DNA of 34,945 bases from NCBI GenBank assembly GCA_010093705.1, contig MU006089.1:3025561-3060505 (forward strand), in the 5' to 3' direction. Origin of the DNA: Patellaria atrata CBS 101060. Its lineage: Eukaryota. Shown in pieces: positions 11,578-23,099 of the stretch. Both the position numbers and the translations under genes were made by a program. Under the pieces are notes generated by a model. It made no database searches. It was not told the DNA's origin and was given only the letters and a program-made list of their open reading frames with translations. Position 1 is the first letter of the stretch. Each line of letters starts with the position of its first letter.

Positions 11578-12178
11578 ATGCTCGGTTCCGCCAAGACAGC
11601 GCTCATTGCGCTTGCTGCCCTGAGGTAGGAGGGTCACTATTCTCCATATGCTCTTCAAGCTCAAACTAACCCCTAACAGCGCTTTCACCTCAGCACGCCC
11701 AGTTGAAGTAGAGGATGCCGTCACCTTACCTCCTATCATTCCAACTATCATTATTCCAACACTTTTGCCGCCAAAGCCTACTGTCACTAAGAGCTCTACC
11801 AAGATGACAATGAGCACAAAGTCGACCAAGATGACATCCAAAATGACAACCAAGACGATGAGCACCAAGACTCCTAAGCCAACATTCACTTTGATCACGA
11901 AGACCAAGACCACCAAGACCCCCAAGCCGACTATGACGATGCCGACTATGACCAAACCGACTATGACCAAGCCGACTATGACCAAGCCGACTATGACCAA
12001 GCCGACTATGACCAAGCCGACCATGACCAAGCCGACTACCACGAAGACTAAGCCTACTCTCTCCTTCCCGACTATCTCTCTCCCCACCATGCCTTTCCCG
12101 ACTGGGTTTCCTCCGAAGCCGACTGTCACCAAGCCGACCTGGAAGCCAACTGTCAAGCCGACCCCTTATAGGATCTAA
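11578..12178 (+). CDS. Secreted Thr/Pro/Lys/Met-rich repeat protein, 181 aa; exons 11578-11624, 11680-12178
   Basis: Removing intron 11625-11679 (GTAGGA..CTAAC..CAG) creates the signal peptide MLGSAKTALIALAALSAFTSA in frame with the 11648-12178 ORF. KPTMT repeats follow. Confidence 0.85.
11924..12043 (+). repeat. Coding minisatellite, 8 x 15 bp (consensus AAGCCGACTATGACC = KPTMT)
   Basis: Read directly from the sequence; the central units are identical or differ at synonymous sites. Confidence 0.95.
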
Positions 12179-12802
12179 GGGATGACATGAACTAGAATTC
12201 CTAGGACAAAGGGTGACGGGAACGTGGGGTTAACATTCTTACTTCGATAGAGGTGCTATTAGAGATCTTGACTGTTCATTAGTCGTTTATGAGTTCAATG
12301 GAAGCTTGGAGGAGCTTGAGGCTCAACTGTGGCGGTCAGGGAGATATTATAGATTGAGCGCTCTGAGACTGTGTATGCTACAGTGTGGGATGTATCTTGC
12401 ACTGTGGTTCTAGTCCTGTTGCCTATCGGATAGCTGTCATTTAGAGAATCGAACGTATTTTTAAACAAGTCAACTTTTCCACTCGTGCTGCGTTCAAAAC
12501 AACCGGCCGTCCGATTGAAACATTCTTAATCGCCTAGATACCGGTCAGGCCTATTATGGACAAGGTATAACGTTTTGTTAGCAAGGTCCAGGATCACATT
12601 GTGGATATTGACTGCTATCGACATGGGACACATATAACGCATTGTGATATTCTAACCACAAATAACATAAAACAACTCAAACTAAACAGAACCTCAAATA
12701 TGCAGTTTACCAGTCCAGCTGATACCTCCCTCGAAGCCTCACCACTCACGCCCCCCATACCCACCTCCAGCACCCCAAACAACCCCTAAATCCAACCCAT
12801 CC

Positions 12803-13948
12803 TCATTCCCTAATCTCAAACCTACGCTCATCATAGGGAACCAAATTCCAAACCCACGACGGTAGATGCAATATATCTATGCTCGCCCATATTAGCAGGT
12901 TGTTTAAAACTTCTCACCGGTTAAGAACAAAGTGTCACTTACGCGGGAAATGAGTCGGGAACGCAAAGGCGGGAGAGGTGTGGCAGTCCCCGGTTCCCGT
13001 TGCTGTGGGATGGAGGACCGTAGAATGGGGAGTATATTCAGTCGGATGGGGATATTCGGTTACAGTGGAGAAGTATCTACTTGGACGGACGTATCCGGTT
13101 CCGGTAGGGAGGTATCCGCTTGGATGGGAGGAGGAGCCCGTGTGATAGCAGCTTGTTAAGAAGGTTGCGGTGTGGAAGTATCCGCTTGTGAAGTTGGCTG
13201 TGGTGAAGGACCCGCTTGGACGGAGGTCTGTTGGGAAGGGTGCCGTGGAATGATAGAAGGTCGGGGTTACGTAGGTTACAGAGGGAGGTTCTGTGTCCGG
13301 GGACGAGGATACTGGGGTATTGTCTCCAGGAAGAGAAAAGGGGACGGAAGTAGGTGATGGTTCAGAACTTGTAGGGGGCACGTAGGGCCATTCTGTGTAC
13401 GGGGAGGAAGTTACGGTGATATCTGTCGGAAAAGGATATTCTCCCACCGCCGTACTGACTCCTGGAATTGAACTCGGGATGACAGTGTTGATTGGAGCAT
13501 CGATCGTTGTAAACGCTGTCGGGATAACAGGGATGGGCGCTGCAATGGTGTCTATCGGAGACGGCCACGAGGAGTAATCCACAACCGCGGAAGTGAACGT
13601 CGGGAGGGACTCGGGCAGGTAGGTAGAAATCACTGCTGTTGGGATGGTACTGGTTGGATATTCCTCCGGGATAGAGGAATCTATGGGAGAGGTGATCAGG
13701 CTTCCAGCCGGAAGTACCCAGTAGTGAGGCGCCCGTTTAGCGACCTTTCCGTTGGCGACAGTGGGATTCTCAATCTGTCGAGGTATTTTACTTCCTACAT
13801 GGGGAGGTGATAGCTTAAATCGAGGCGCTGCCTCTACTAATGTCCTGGAAAAGTTTTAGCAAAATCTTTACGAAGGTCAAACTAGGATGTACACGAACCT
13901 GCAAAGAATAAGACTGTAAAAAGAAGCAAAAGAAAGTGAGTTGATCAT
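12803..13948 (-). CDS. Secreted Ser/Thr/Pro-rich mucin-like or cell-wall protein; exons 13948-13899, 13844-12943, 12876-12803 (ends at 12935 if the last intron is not spliced)
   Basis: TATAAAA at 14050-14044. ATG 13948 plus intron 13898-13845 (GTTCGT..CAG) gives MINSLSFASFYSLILCRTLVEA|APRF in frame with the S/T/P-rich ORF. A Kex2-like site (VAKR|AP) is present. Probable second intron 12942-12877 (GTAAGT..GCTAAT..TAG). Confidence 0.7.
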
Positions 13949-15623
13949 ATTGGAATTAAGACTTGAAGTCTGAACGAATCAAATGGGAACGAACGAAAGG
14001 ATGACTTGATTAGATTGAATTTACGAGTGCAGACTTGAGCAGATTTTATAAGGAATCAATTACATTTCGAGGAACACATAGCTTACAGTTGACAATTGGA
14101 ATCGTTTAATGATACTCCGCCTGGCTACATGAATTTTATGCCTCTAATTGCCATTTATCGGAAGCAAGTACTCCAGAAGCACAGCAGATTCCACAGCAGC
14201 AATATCTATAGAACCGATTCGTCAGATAGAACCATTCTAAATGTTCAAATCATAACTTATAGTAGAGCTACACTAGAATTAGCAAGTGATACGAATGTAG
14301 GACTAACGGTGGAGGTTAAAGGGTTATAAAACGTCCTTGGTTAGGAGAGGAAAAGCTAGTGCATTTTTTGATAGGGGTTAATCTTTCATCGCGAGTGAGC
14401 ACAACCATTAGGTGAGACACAACAATCTTCCAATGTCAGTGGAAAGTCTAGTGTTAATTAGAATGCTTCGAAGTATTATAAAGTAGGTAGTTGGTTGTTA
14501 CAAGATGGAGCTTTCCACTTGTACTTTTGGACGTTGGTTACAACAAACGCATATTTACACATTCGAACTTGATTTAAGAAAAGACGGATGATACAATTAC
14601 CATGAAAAGGCGACAAATAACCAGAGTACCGGGTTGACAAATAAAATGCCTCTTGGAGGTGTTGTCCTCCTAAAGTCCAAGAACTTATGTAACTTGAGCA
14701 CATGCGACCATTTAAAAGACGGCATCATGAAAAGGTCTGGAATGTCAAACTCAAGCAAGTATCCCCTGCCCTACCGCGATTCATATTCCTCCCCTCTGTA
14801 AACCTACTCAACCTTTGCTATACAAACAGCCTCTTCAGTCGAAAGTATTCTTGGATCTCCATGGCTCGTACAGTACGGTAGGGTTGATTGTACGACTTGA
14901 AAACCCTCGTATATTTCAAGCTTCTCATACAGAAAGTCGGGGACGACGTGAAGGGGTAGCGTACAATATGAGAGGAATCCGACGAAGAGAGAAGGGGAGA
15001 GTTCACACCAATTGTACTGGTTTTCGTGCCAGTACCGTATCTCAACATCCGGAACGCAGTTTGGATTGGTATAGTACAGAGTTGGCAGCAATCATCTATT
15101 GACGAGAGAGAATATAATTTCGGTTTATGCACAAGAATATGCCGACAACTTGCGCATAAGTAGAGATCAGTTGGACATAACATCCTCATTCTAGTGGAAG
15201 TGTTTTGATAGTGTTGCACATACGTTAGAAGTTGACAACGCGGCCTACATCGGATCTTGCAAAGCTGGAGAGCAGATCTAAAAGGATATCAAGAAATTTC
15301 CTCGCGTGAAAGCTTCATTATTCGACATACAACTTGTGTATGTGTTGTTGGTGTACAATCCTTCCCCTGAGATTCAGGTTTGAAGGTGAGGGTTCTGAAT
15401 GTGGCAAAAGTCGGCGAGTATATTCTCCGTGTGGCGCAAAATGTGTGGCGAGTGATCTGGTTTCCGTCCCATCGCGCGACCACTCACACTCTATGACTCC
15501 CGCACTCTCACACCTCTTGATGACGAGGCATCTTGCCTAACGATGAGTACGACACACCATCATCAGTTCCCCATCTTGCGTGGCCTTTGGAAGCCTTTCC
15601 CCGCTTCTACGTCGTTCCTGTAG

Positions 15624-15638
15624 GTTCTTGAACCTCGA
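15624..15638. promoter_or_regulatory. Heat-shock-element-like motif (gTTCttGAAccTCGa) upstream of HSP20
   Basis: Two perfect alternating nGAAn units plus a degenerate third, about 220 nt upstream of the HSP20 ATG. A second TTCcaGAA lies near 15749. Confidence 0.35.
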
Positions 15639-15853
15639 AATGTGAACAATCACCGGCTTAAGAATCCCCTTTGATGCGCGTTGAGGGATACGTACACTGG
15701 TAAGTGCCTATTGTACTAGGAAGCATAAAAGGTCCTGCTTTTGCTGCTTTCCAGAACATCACCTACCATATAATATAATTCTTCTTCAATCATCAATTGA
15801 ACAATTATACATTCCACGACACAACTACAATCACATACAATTTTACCTTCAGT

Positions 15854-16729
15854 ATGCCTTCAGTCAGATACTGCAACCAGACAGCCCCATTCTGGGACTT
15901 CGTCGCGAGCCTGGAGGATCTCAACCCTCGGGAGACTAGGGGCTCTCCAGAGAACTCTCAGTTTCCCTTCGGTTGGGCAGGTCCCTTCGGCAGCATGAAC
16001 GGCTGGAATGGCGCTTGGGATCGACTTCATCGTCATCATCCTCACCACCCTCACCATGCTGGATTCCCAAGAGCGCCTCAACATCAACCACAGGAGGAAG
16101 TAACTTTCACTACGAACCCAGACCAGACCACCAACCAAGTAGAGCAGGATACGGCACAAACTGCACCTCCCTCTGATGAGAACACTCAAACACATCAACA
16201 ACAGAGACCCCACTGCCATCGTGGATGTGGTGGACGTCGTGGAGGATTTGGCAGACGCAGTCGCGGAGGGATGCCCATGGGTGGACCTTTCGGTGGGCTC
16301 GGTGCTCTAGGGGAATTTTTCCAATCAGAATTCCTTGGGCAGGAAGAGGATAGCAACCGTGATGCGAAATCGCAAGACTACAAGCCCGACGTAGATATCT
16401 TCGATACGGAATCCTCCTTTATCGTTCATGTATCACTTCCGGGCGCAAAGAAGGAGGACGTTGGAGTCAACTGGGATGCTGAGAAGAGCGAATTGAGCAT
16501 TGCTGGCGTAACTTACCGTCCAGGTGATGAGGACTTCCTCAAGACTCTTGCTCTGGATGAGAGGAAGGTAGGAGCTTTTGAGCGCAAGGTCCGCCTCGGA
16601 AGCCGTGCGAATCCCGCACAGGTGGAGGCGGATGGGATCACCGCGAAGCTTGAAGACGGAGTTTTGAGAGTTGAGATCCCTAAGCAGGACAAGGACTATG
16701 TTGAGATCAGGAAGGTCGATATCGAGTAA
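15854..16729 (+). CDS. Small heat shock protein (HSP20/alpha-crystallin domain) with a long low-complexity N-terminus
   Basis: C-terminal KPDVDIFDT...VHVSLPGAKKEDV...ERKVGAFERKVRL...ITAKLEDGVLRVEIPK and a terminal V-D-I-E (IXI-type) motif. The first ATG is at 15854; the ORF track start at 15797 is a TTG. Confidence 0.92.
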   Translation: MPSVRYCNQTAPFWDFVASLEDLNPRETRGSPENSQFPFGWAGPFGSMNGWNGAWDRLHRHHPHHPHHAGFPRAPQHQPQEEVTFTTNPDQTTNQVEQDTAQTAPPSDENTQTHQQQRPHCHRGCGGRRGGFGRRSRGGMPMGGPFGGLGALGEFFQSEFLGQEEDSNRDAKSQDYKPDVDIFDTESSFIVHVSLPGAKKEDVGVNWDAEKSELSIAGVTYRPGDEDFLKTLALDERKVGAFERKVRLGSRANPAQVEADGITAKLEDGVLRVEIPKQDKDYVEIRKVDIE

Positions 16730-17148
16730 ATCTAGTTACCCCAGTGTGATATCGGGGATGAATTCAGATTTTAGTGTAGGGTATCTTAGGTAATACTTTG
16801 TGTAGTAACAATGAATAGATGATCTCAAATATATTGTATTTGCTTTCCGTCTCTTCTCCATCACCGAATGGAATACCGTGTGACATACAACGCATGCTGC
16901 CACGCATGCATCAACTTTGAACAAAGAAATTCCGAAGCAGTGTGTTGGCCCAAAGGGGCAATGACCTCAGGGTTGAACAGCTGTCGATCCCTTACCTCAC
17001 CTCGCCCCAAGCTTGCTTTGCATATCCACCCACATCATACTCACATAAAAGAAATCACCTCAATCTTACACCCAAAAAAAAATTAAATTTCAACATAAAC
17101 CCATAATAACACTCATACCAAACATAACATCAACTACGGAAATCAATC

Positions 17149-17770
17149 ATGTCTGACACCAGAATCCCAACCTCAACCTTCGTCTCCGAATCGACCGTGA
17201 TCGAAGCCCCCTTCGCCGAAGTCTGGCACAAGATCAAGCTGGCCAACTTCGCCGACTTCTGGAGCAAGCTCGAGAAGAGCGACGCCTCGCACGGCGCGAA
17301 CCACGAAGCCGACGTCGTCAAGTGGAAGTTCATCGACGGCACGGAGCTGGAGGTGAAGCAGGAGGCTCACTCGGTGTGTCCAACCCCCGTTTACAATTTG
17401 CGTAGAAAAGACAGCCTTGCTAACGGGGATCGTGTTGTTCTTTGACGCTATAGAGCATCGATCACTACATCACCTACAGCGTCATCTCGTCCAAACCCGC
17501 GCTCACGTACAGCTCCGTCGTCTCGACCATTCGCGTCTATCCTGTCACGACGGGGAAGCACGAGGGCCATGCTTACGTCGTGTGGACGGGCAACTTCAGC
17601 AGTGATGCTGATGCTTGTGAGTTTGAATTTGACATTACATTTACGTATAGAGTTAGAGGTATCACCGGAATCAGACTGACAAACCCCCCTCCCTCGCAGC
17701 CGTGATCGAAGACGCCAAATTCAAGCGCCGCGAAGCGCTCGCAGACCTGGCCAAGTCGGTCGGACAGTAG
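17149..17770 (+). CDS. SRPBCC/Bet v1-like (polyketide cyclase/dehydrase-type) protein, 152 aa; exons 17149-17373, 17454-17616, 17700-17770
   Basis: The pattern ESTVIEAPFAEVWHKIK..F..FW, HYITYSVISS and VVWTGNF, with a C-terminal helix (EALADLAK), fits the SRPBCC fold. Two GT-AG introns preserve the frame, and codon bias is strong. Confidence 0.85.
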
Positions 17771-18429
17771 ATGTATTGTCTCTCTGTCACCACCGGTGTC
17801 CGATTTGTCTGCATTATCACAAAAATTGTCAAACTGGTATGGAGTCCATAGGCGTTAATGAACTGTGAAACACATGAAAGATTTGTTACTCATACAAGAT
17901 TTCTGGGGCTTGCATTCACTAAGCAGGAAAGCTCCTTCACACAATGGTTATCATATCACTAGAGATAGAAAGGAAGTGAAAAAACAACATCACGGTAGAA
18001 GCTATATAAATCTCTATGAATGCCCATTTATCAATTCATTCAATTGCAAACTTCTAGACGGGAACTGTAAGCCGCCCAAAATTTACACTGCCCACCATGG
18101 TTTCCCAAATGACGTGTTGCCACGATCGGTGCGGGACAACCCCATCTAACCGTATCGAACCAGCTGCATAAATCGCCCTTTCCATCGTCGTACGTAGCAA
18201 GAATTGCGCCCTTTCTTGGCCGTCAATAACCCCCTCACGCCCTTCGAAGTGATTTGTTCCCATGATTACACATACCCGTTACACCCGTCAAGTATTGGTC
18301 CCAGTATCTGAAAGACACCAGTTATATTCTGTATTTAATACATACATTCGCTCTACTACATTCAAGCAAAGAACCAATAAAGGGTACTAGTCCTGAATTT
18401 GCACCTTTACACTCCCGTCCCCTCTGCTC

Positions 18430-21400
18430 TCAGAATATATCCTCGAGCCCCTCCCATCTTTCCTCGCCCGCCGCAACCTCATCTCTAATCTTCCAGTACT
18501 CGTGATTGAAGACCCAGTACTCCTCGCCCGTAACCTCACACGTACCCTTCGTAAACCACCTCGGGACGAACTCCTCGCCCTTCGCCTCCCGCAGCCGCCT
18601 CGTCGCGCGCTGTTTCTCCTCGACGCGGTTCTTCTCCGTAGCAGCGAGATCGTACTCTCCGTCCTCCATGGCGCGTTGATCAGGCCGCAGCCTTGTGTCC
18701 GTAGGCGCTATGACGGGGCGCAAGTTGTCAGGGAGAGCGTTGAGGGTGAGGACGAAGGGGGTGAGGTTGAAGGGGATGCCGGTTGGGCGTTTATGGCATT
18801 CCCATACCAGAAACGCTTGCGAAGAGCCGGCCTCGATGGATTTCGAGCCTCCAGCCGGAGGCGTTACGCTCCCTTCGTAACCGGGCGTGTGGCGCGCGTA
18901 GATCTTGTCGTTCCAGCGTCCGCCGATACTCCAGCGCGTCTTACCGTCCGAGTCTAGGACTTTGCCGCTTACCTGGTACGCGGAGGATGCCTTCCATCCG
19001 CGGGCTTTGAAGTCGAGCATGCATACCTCGCCGGTGGTCCAGTTCTTGATTTCCATGGGACCGTAGTTGTCGACGGTGGGGTTGCCGGTGATGATACCGA
19101 CGACGGACGAGGTTACTTTCTTCCAGGTGTAGAGCTCTTCTCCACCTGATGCGGGACGCAGACGGAGAAACCATGTTCCTAAGGGGTTGATATCGAAGGA
19201 CTTGCCATAAAACTTTGATTTTACGGCAGATTCTCCCTGGCAGGAAAGTCAGAATGATTCCATTTGTTCGTATATGTATTTCATACCCAGTAGTCCCATT
19301 TTGTTGACTCTGCATATGCAGCTCCAATAGGCGGATGGTGGCTAACTTGTTCAATAAAGAACCGATACCCCTTGTCCGGTCTCGCATACTCGTAAGTTTC
19401 TCCTAAAAGAGGATTAAAAGGTTTTGCTACGCGACCAATTGTAGAAGCATATTCACTAGCTGCAAATGCCGCTACATAAACCATCCGTTCGGTTGAGTCC
19501 ATCCGATCCGCAGCAGTATCTAGAAGGTCAGTGTATTCCATATCTTCAGCAACTCGCTGTAGAAGCGAGGTTGGCTCATTAAAGGATACGGGAAGAGTCA
19601 TTTTCGTCATATCTTTTCCTATCATAGATTTTAGAATACCCTAGAATAGCGTTAGCGAATGTCTTCGAGACAAGTATTGATACCTACCCAGAGAGAGATC
19701 TTTGGTCTATCATCTGCGTCCATCTTCAAGCGTGTTCGTACGGGATCTTCATAACCTCGGAAAGATGTAGCAATCTCTTTAGTCTTATTGTCCATCATAC
19801 CGTCCAATGGAGGAACTAGTTCGGCTGATTCCAGTGGCGGACTCATTGTCGCTAAGGCAACAACTTCAACCTCACCAGCACCAACTGCATCAAAGAACTC
19901 TTCGTCTTCATCGTCAGAATCAGAGTCAAGGTCAGAAAGATTAGCAAGTTCCGCAATCGTGGACCGTCTCGGAACTGTTAAGGAGACACTGCCTTTAGAT
20001 AGTTGCTCATCCTCACCAACCTCAAGGTTTTTAACCGCTACTTGTAGGTCACGTAGTTGGTCTCCTTCAGCATCACTACCTGGACTGCTCTGTACAGTTG
20101 TAAGACCTTCAAGAGCATCTTTGAGGGCACGTTTCGTCCGTCTGCGCTTCTCCTCCGCTTCGCCCATACGACTTTCTAGTTCTTCTTGCTCTTTCGCAAC
20201 TTTCGCCATACTTTCTTCCCAGAGACGGCGAACATTTGCCTCTCTGTCCAGTCTGTACTGCCAATATGCGTCTCGATCACGTGAAATTCGGAGTAGATCA
20301 CCAACTAGTCCCTTCAAGTTTCCTACAGCAGACTCATATGAAGACAAAGCTTTGAAAGCCACGGGATCGGAAAGTGTCATTCTGGGGTTCGCCGACCTTT
20401 CTGCGTGTAAACCTGCAGAGATCTGGCCTAATATATCCAGTTGGAATTTTGCAGATTGTGCTGTAATGTTGAAAGCGTCTTTGTTAACGGGTTGAGCTTC
20501 GTGGCTACTGCCGTCATCTCCGTACTCTTCATCATCGTCCATATCTCCTTCGATAAGTGCCGTATTAGCATGGCTTACAATCTTACTGATATCTGCACCG
20601 GCCATACTAGATTCTGCGTAAGTACTGTACGCTAGATCATCATCACCAACCGTACTCCCAGGAGCTCGAGAGCCACTTGTTCCTGGTACGCCCAATGCCG
20701 TACTTAGAATCGAAGTTTTGCCGGGAACTTTAGAGCTAGCAATACTCTCACCATCCGTACCCCCTCGCTTATCTAATTGATCGATCTTTGCTTGCCGGAG
20801 AGCTTCAGTCTCCCTATTTTGCCTCTTTTCCTCTTCTTTGGCCTCATCCTTGGTCCATTGGATTGAGTTATTCAGAGCCCAATACCACCGTTTCGCCTCG
20901 ACTTGGTGATTCGCTTTTAGATGGTATTTTACCGATGATTTTCCCTGTATTTCGAAGCGTAACTTATCTTGGGGATCCATATGGAGCTTTGCTATTCTCA
21001 TGTTTATCGCACCTCGACATGCAGAGCCCGCATCATCTTGATGCTTGTAGTAGCTAAGCACGCCATCTTCGAGAACAAACCATCTTAATTTGTAGCCGCT
21101 CGTATAGTTGGTCCACTTCTTCAGGTAGCCTTTCATTTCACGCCCTTCTTTACTCCCAGCAGGTGATTCACTTGGACCTGCTGCCGCCTGTGGTGCATTG
21201 CCTCCAAGAATTGTCTTCTCTTGAATTACACGTTGCGCAGCGGCTGCAGCAGGGGACCGCTTCAAGATGGCCCGGGTTCTATCATCCTTCGTTACGTCTT
21301 GAGGCAGCTTACCCTTTCGATCACGGCGGAAGGGATCCGCGCCGTTAAGCAATAATATTTGAATCAATTTGATGTCCCTTTTTCTAGCCGCTTCATGAAG

Positions 21401-22459
21401 GAGCGTGCCACCATTTTCAGTCGTCGCTGGATCAGTCGCCAGTTCACCACTATTTACATCGACCGTGCTCTGAATATGGGGATCCTTTAAAAGTCTTTCG
21501 ATTCCAGGGTAATCCCCGGCTTGCACTAGAGCTTGGATATTCTTGACATTAGTCTCGATATACAAAGATCTGGCCAGTTGCAGTTGCTGGAAGATCTCCG
21601 GCGTCCGAGCTAGGTCAAGGGCGGTTTGACCTTGGTAGTTGGTCATGGAGTCATTAACATCTTTATGATCAAGTAACATTCGCACGACAGCCGTACGTCC
21701 GAGTTGTGCAGCGATATGTAACGGAGTATTACCATCTTTATCACGTCCATTAATATCTATGCCATGATCGGTGGAGCTCGCGTTCGACAACACATACTCA
21801 ATCACCGGAAGCTCTGCGCACTGTATTGCGAGGTGTAGTATTGACGTGCCTTCAAGTCGACTGCTTCCAGAGATAGATGTGGGTGAAGATGGAATCCCCT
21901 TATCTCCACCATTTATACCATACTCTTCCCTGAGCGCTTTGGATATAGCTGTGGTATCGCCGTTTCTGAGTGCCTCGAATATGCGGAATAACTTGACTGA
22001 CTGCTCGATGGACGCAGGCTTGACTGTAGGCGAGAGAGGAACATGCTGAGAACGGCTAGGTGAAGGGGGTATTAGACTGTCTTGGGTCGGATTGTTCGAC
22101 ATCGTAGTTGAGAGGTGAGGCCTATGCCTAGTGGCGGGTCTTTGATGTAAGGATGGTGGTTGAGTAGAGATTGAGGTCGGTTGGGAAGTACTGGACGTCA
22201 GGGACGTATTTGATACGGAATCAGGTATATCCGTGACATCTTGCCTACTGGATACTCTGTTCAGAAGAGACTTGACTTGTGAGGATTTAGATCTTTTGTG
22301 CCTATTTAGAGACTCGAAGTTAGTCCCAATGGAGGAGAGAATGTCGCCGACTATCTTAGTAAGAGTAACGTGGCGGAGACTACGACAGAAAAACTATCGG
22401 AAAGTCTAAGAGGAATATAGATATGAGAAGACCCAGCATTGTAGATGTACATACTCCAT
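18430..22459 (-). CDS. OSH1: Oxysterol-binding protein, Osh1/Osh2 type (ankyrin-PH-FFAT-ORD); exons 22459-22455, 22301-19688, 19640-19287, 19236-18430
   Basis: Ankyrin repeats ([17 protein letters not shown]), PH domain ([22 protein letters not shown]), FFAT motif EEFFDA, and ORD signatures [12 protein letters not shown] and EQVSHHPP. Internal introns are 19687-19641 and 19286-19237. The 5-nt first coding exon is inferred. Confidence 0.95.
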
Positions 22460-23099
22460 GCTTCAAATACAGGATACCTCTGAATTCAGGGTCGTCTAAA
22501 GTACGGTCCGTATGGGAGATGTGGCTTAAAGGAGGTTAGTTCTACACAAGCAGTGCGATCAACTCATGATTAGGAGGAAAAGGCCATCAAACAGAAAATA
22601 TGAAAGTTTCGAGATCTAGCGGTGTTTAGTTGAAAGGGTAAGAAACTCCAATTCGAGATACTGCTTTTGGTGCTTAAAGAAACCGAGCACGCGGCGGGGT
22701 GAAGATGACGAGTGTGGGCGCTTCTTGAATCTAGTCTACTGTACCGGAGCTACTCCATATTATTCCTCTCACTCGGAGTCAATAATCAACCATCCCCGTA
22801 CTAGGTACACTACAATAATTCTACTTTTACTACTCCAAAGCACCTTAGGGGTACCTTAAGCCTAGGTACATGCATGTGCCGTCCCTCCTATCTTTGCTCC
22901 GCCTGGGACAGGCAGGGAAATCCAAAAACTTTTCGCGGCTGACAGCACTCAATTCTACTAGTATCCTCAATGCTTGGTTAGAAGAACAACAGAATTAGAA
23001 GGGACTCTGAATACTCTATCTGTCATCATATATCTCCTCAATAAGATCTCCTTGATACCACCGTGGTGGATAACTCTCCGTTCGGGCTCTACCCTACAA

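Noticed and set aside
11329..12156. 275-aa hydrophobic (VGLVI)n ORF on the minus strand
   Set aside because: It is the antisense shadow of the KPTMT repeat. The plus strand has the TATA box, spliced signal peptide and synonymous-site variation.
11578..12178. Repeat protein as a Kex2-processed (KEP/dikaritin RiPP) precursor
   Set aside because: No KR/RR sites separate the repeats, and no DUF3328/UstYa or other tailoring gene is visible in the window.
19788..20495. Long antisense ORFs inside OSH1 (and similar ones inside TFC6, the RING-CH gene and the PHD gene)
   Set aside because: These Ser-rich translations are typical shadows of the real coding strand and carry no independent motifs.
22801..22880. 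Short palindromes (GGTACC, CTTAAG, CCTAGG, GGTACATGCATGTGCC) upstream of OSH1
   Set aside because: They are too short to define a hairpin RNA or transposon end, and similar GTAC/CTAG-rich patches occur in other intergenic parts of the window.
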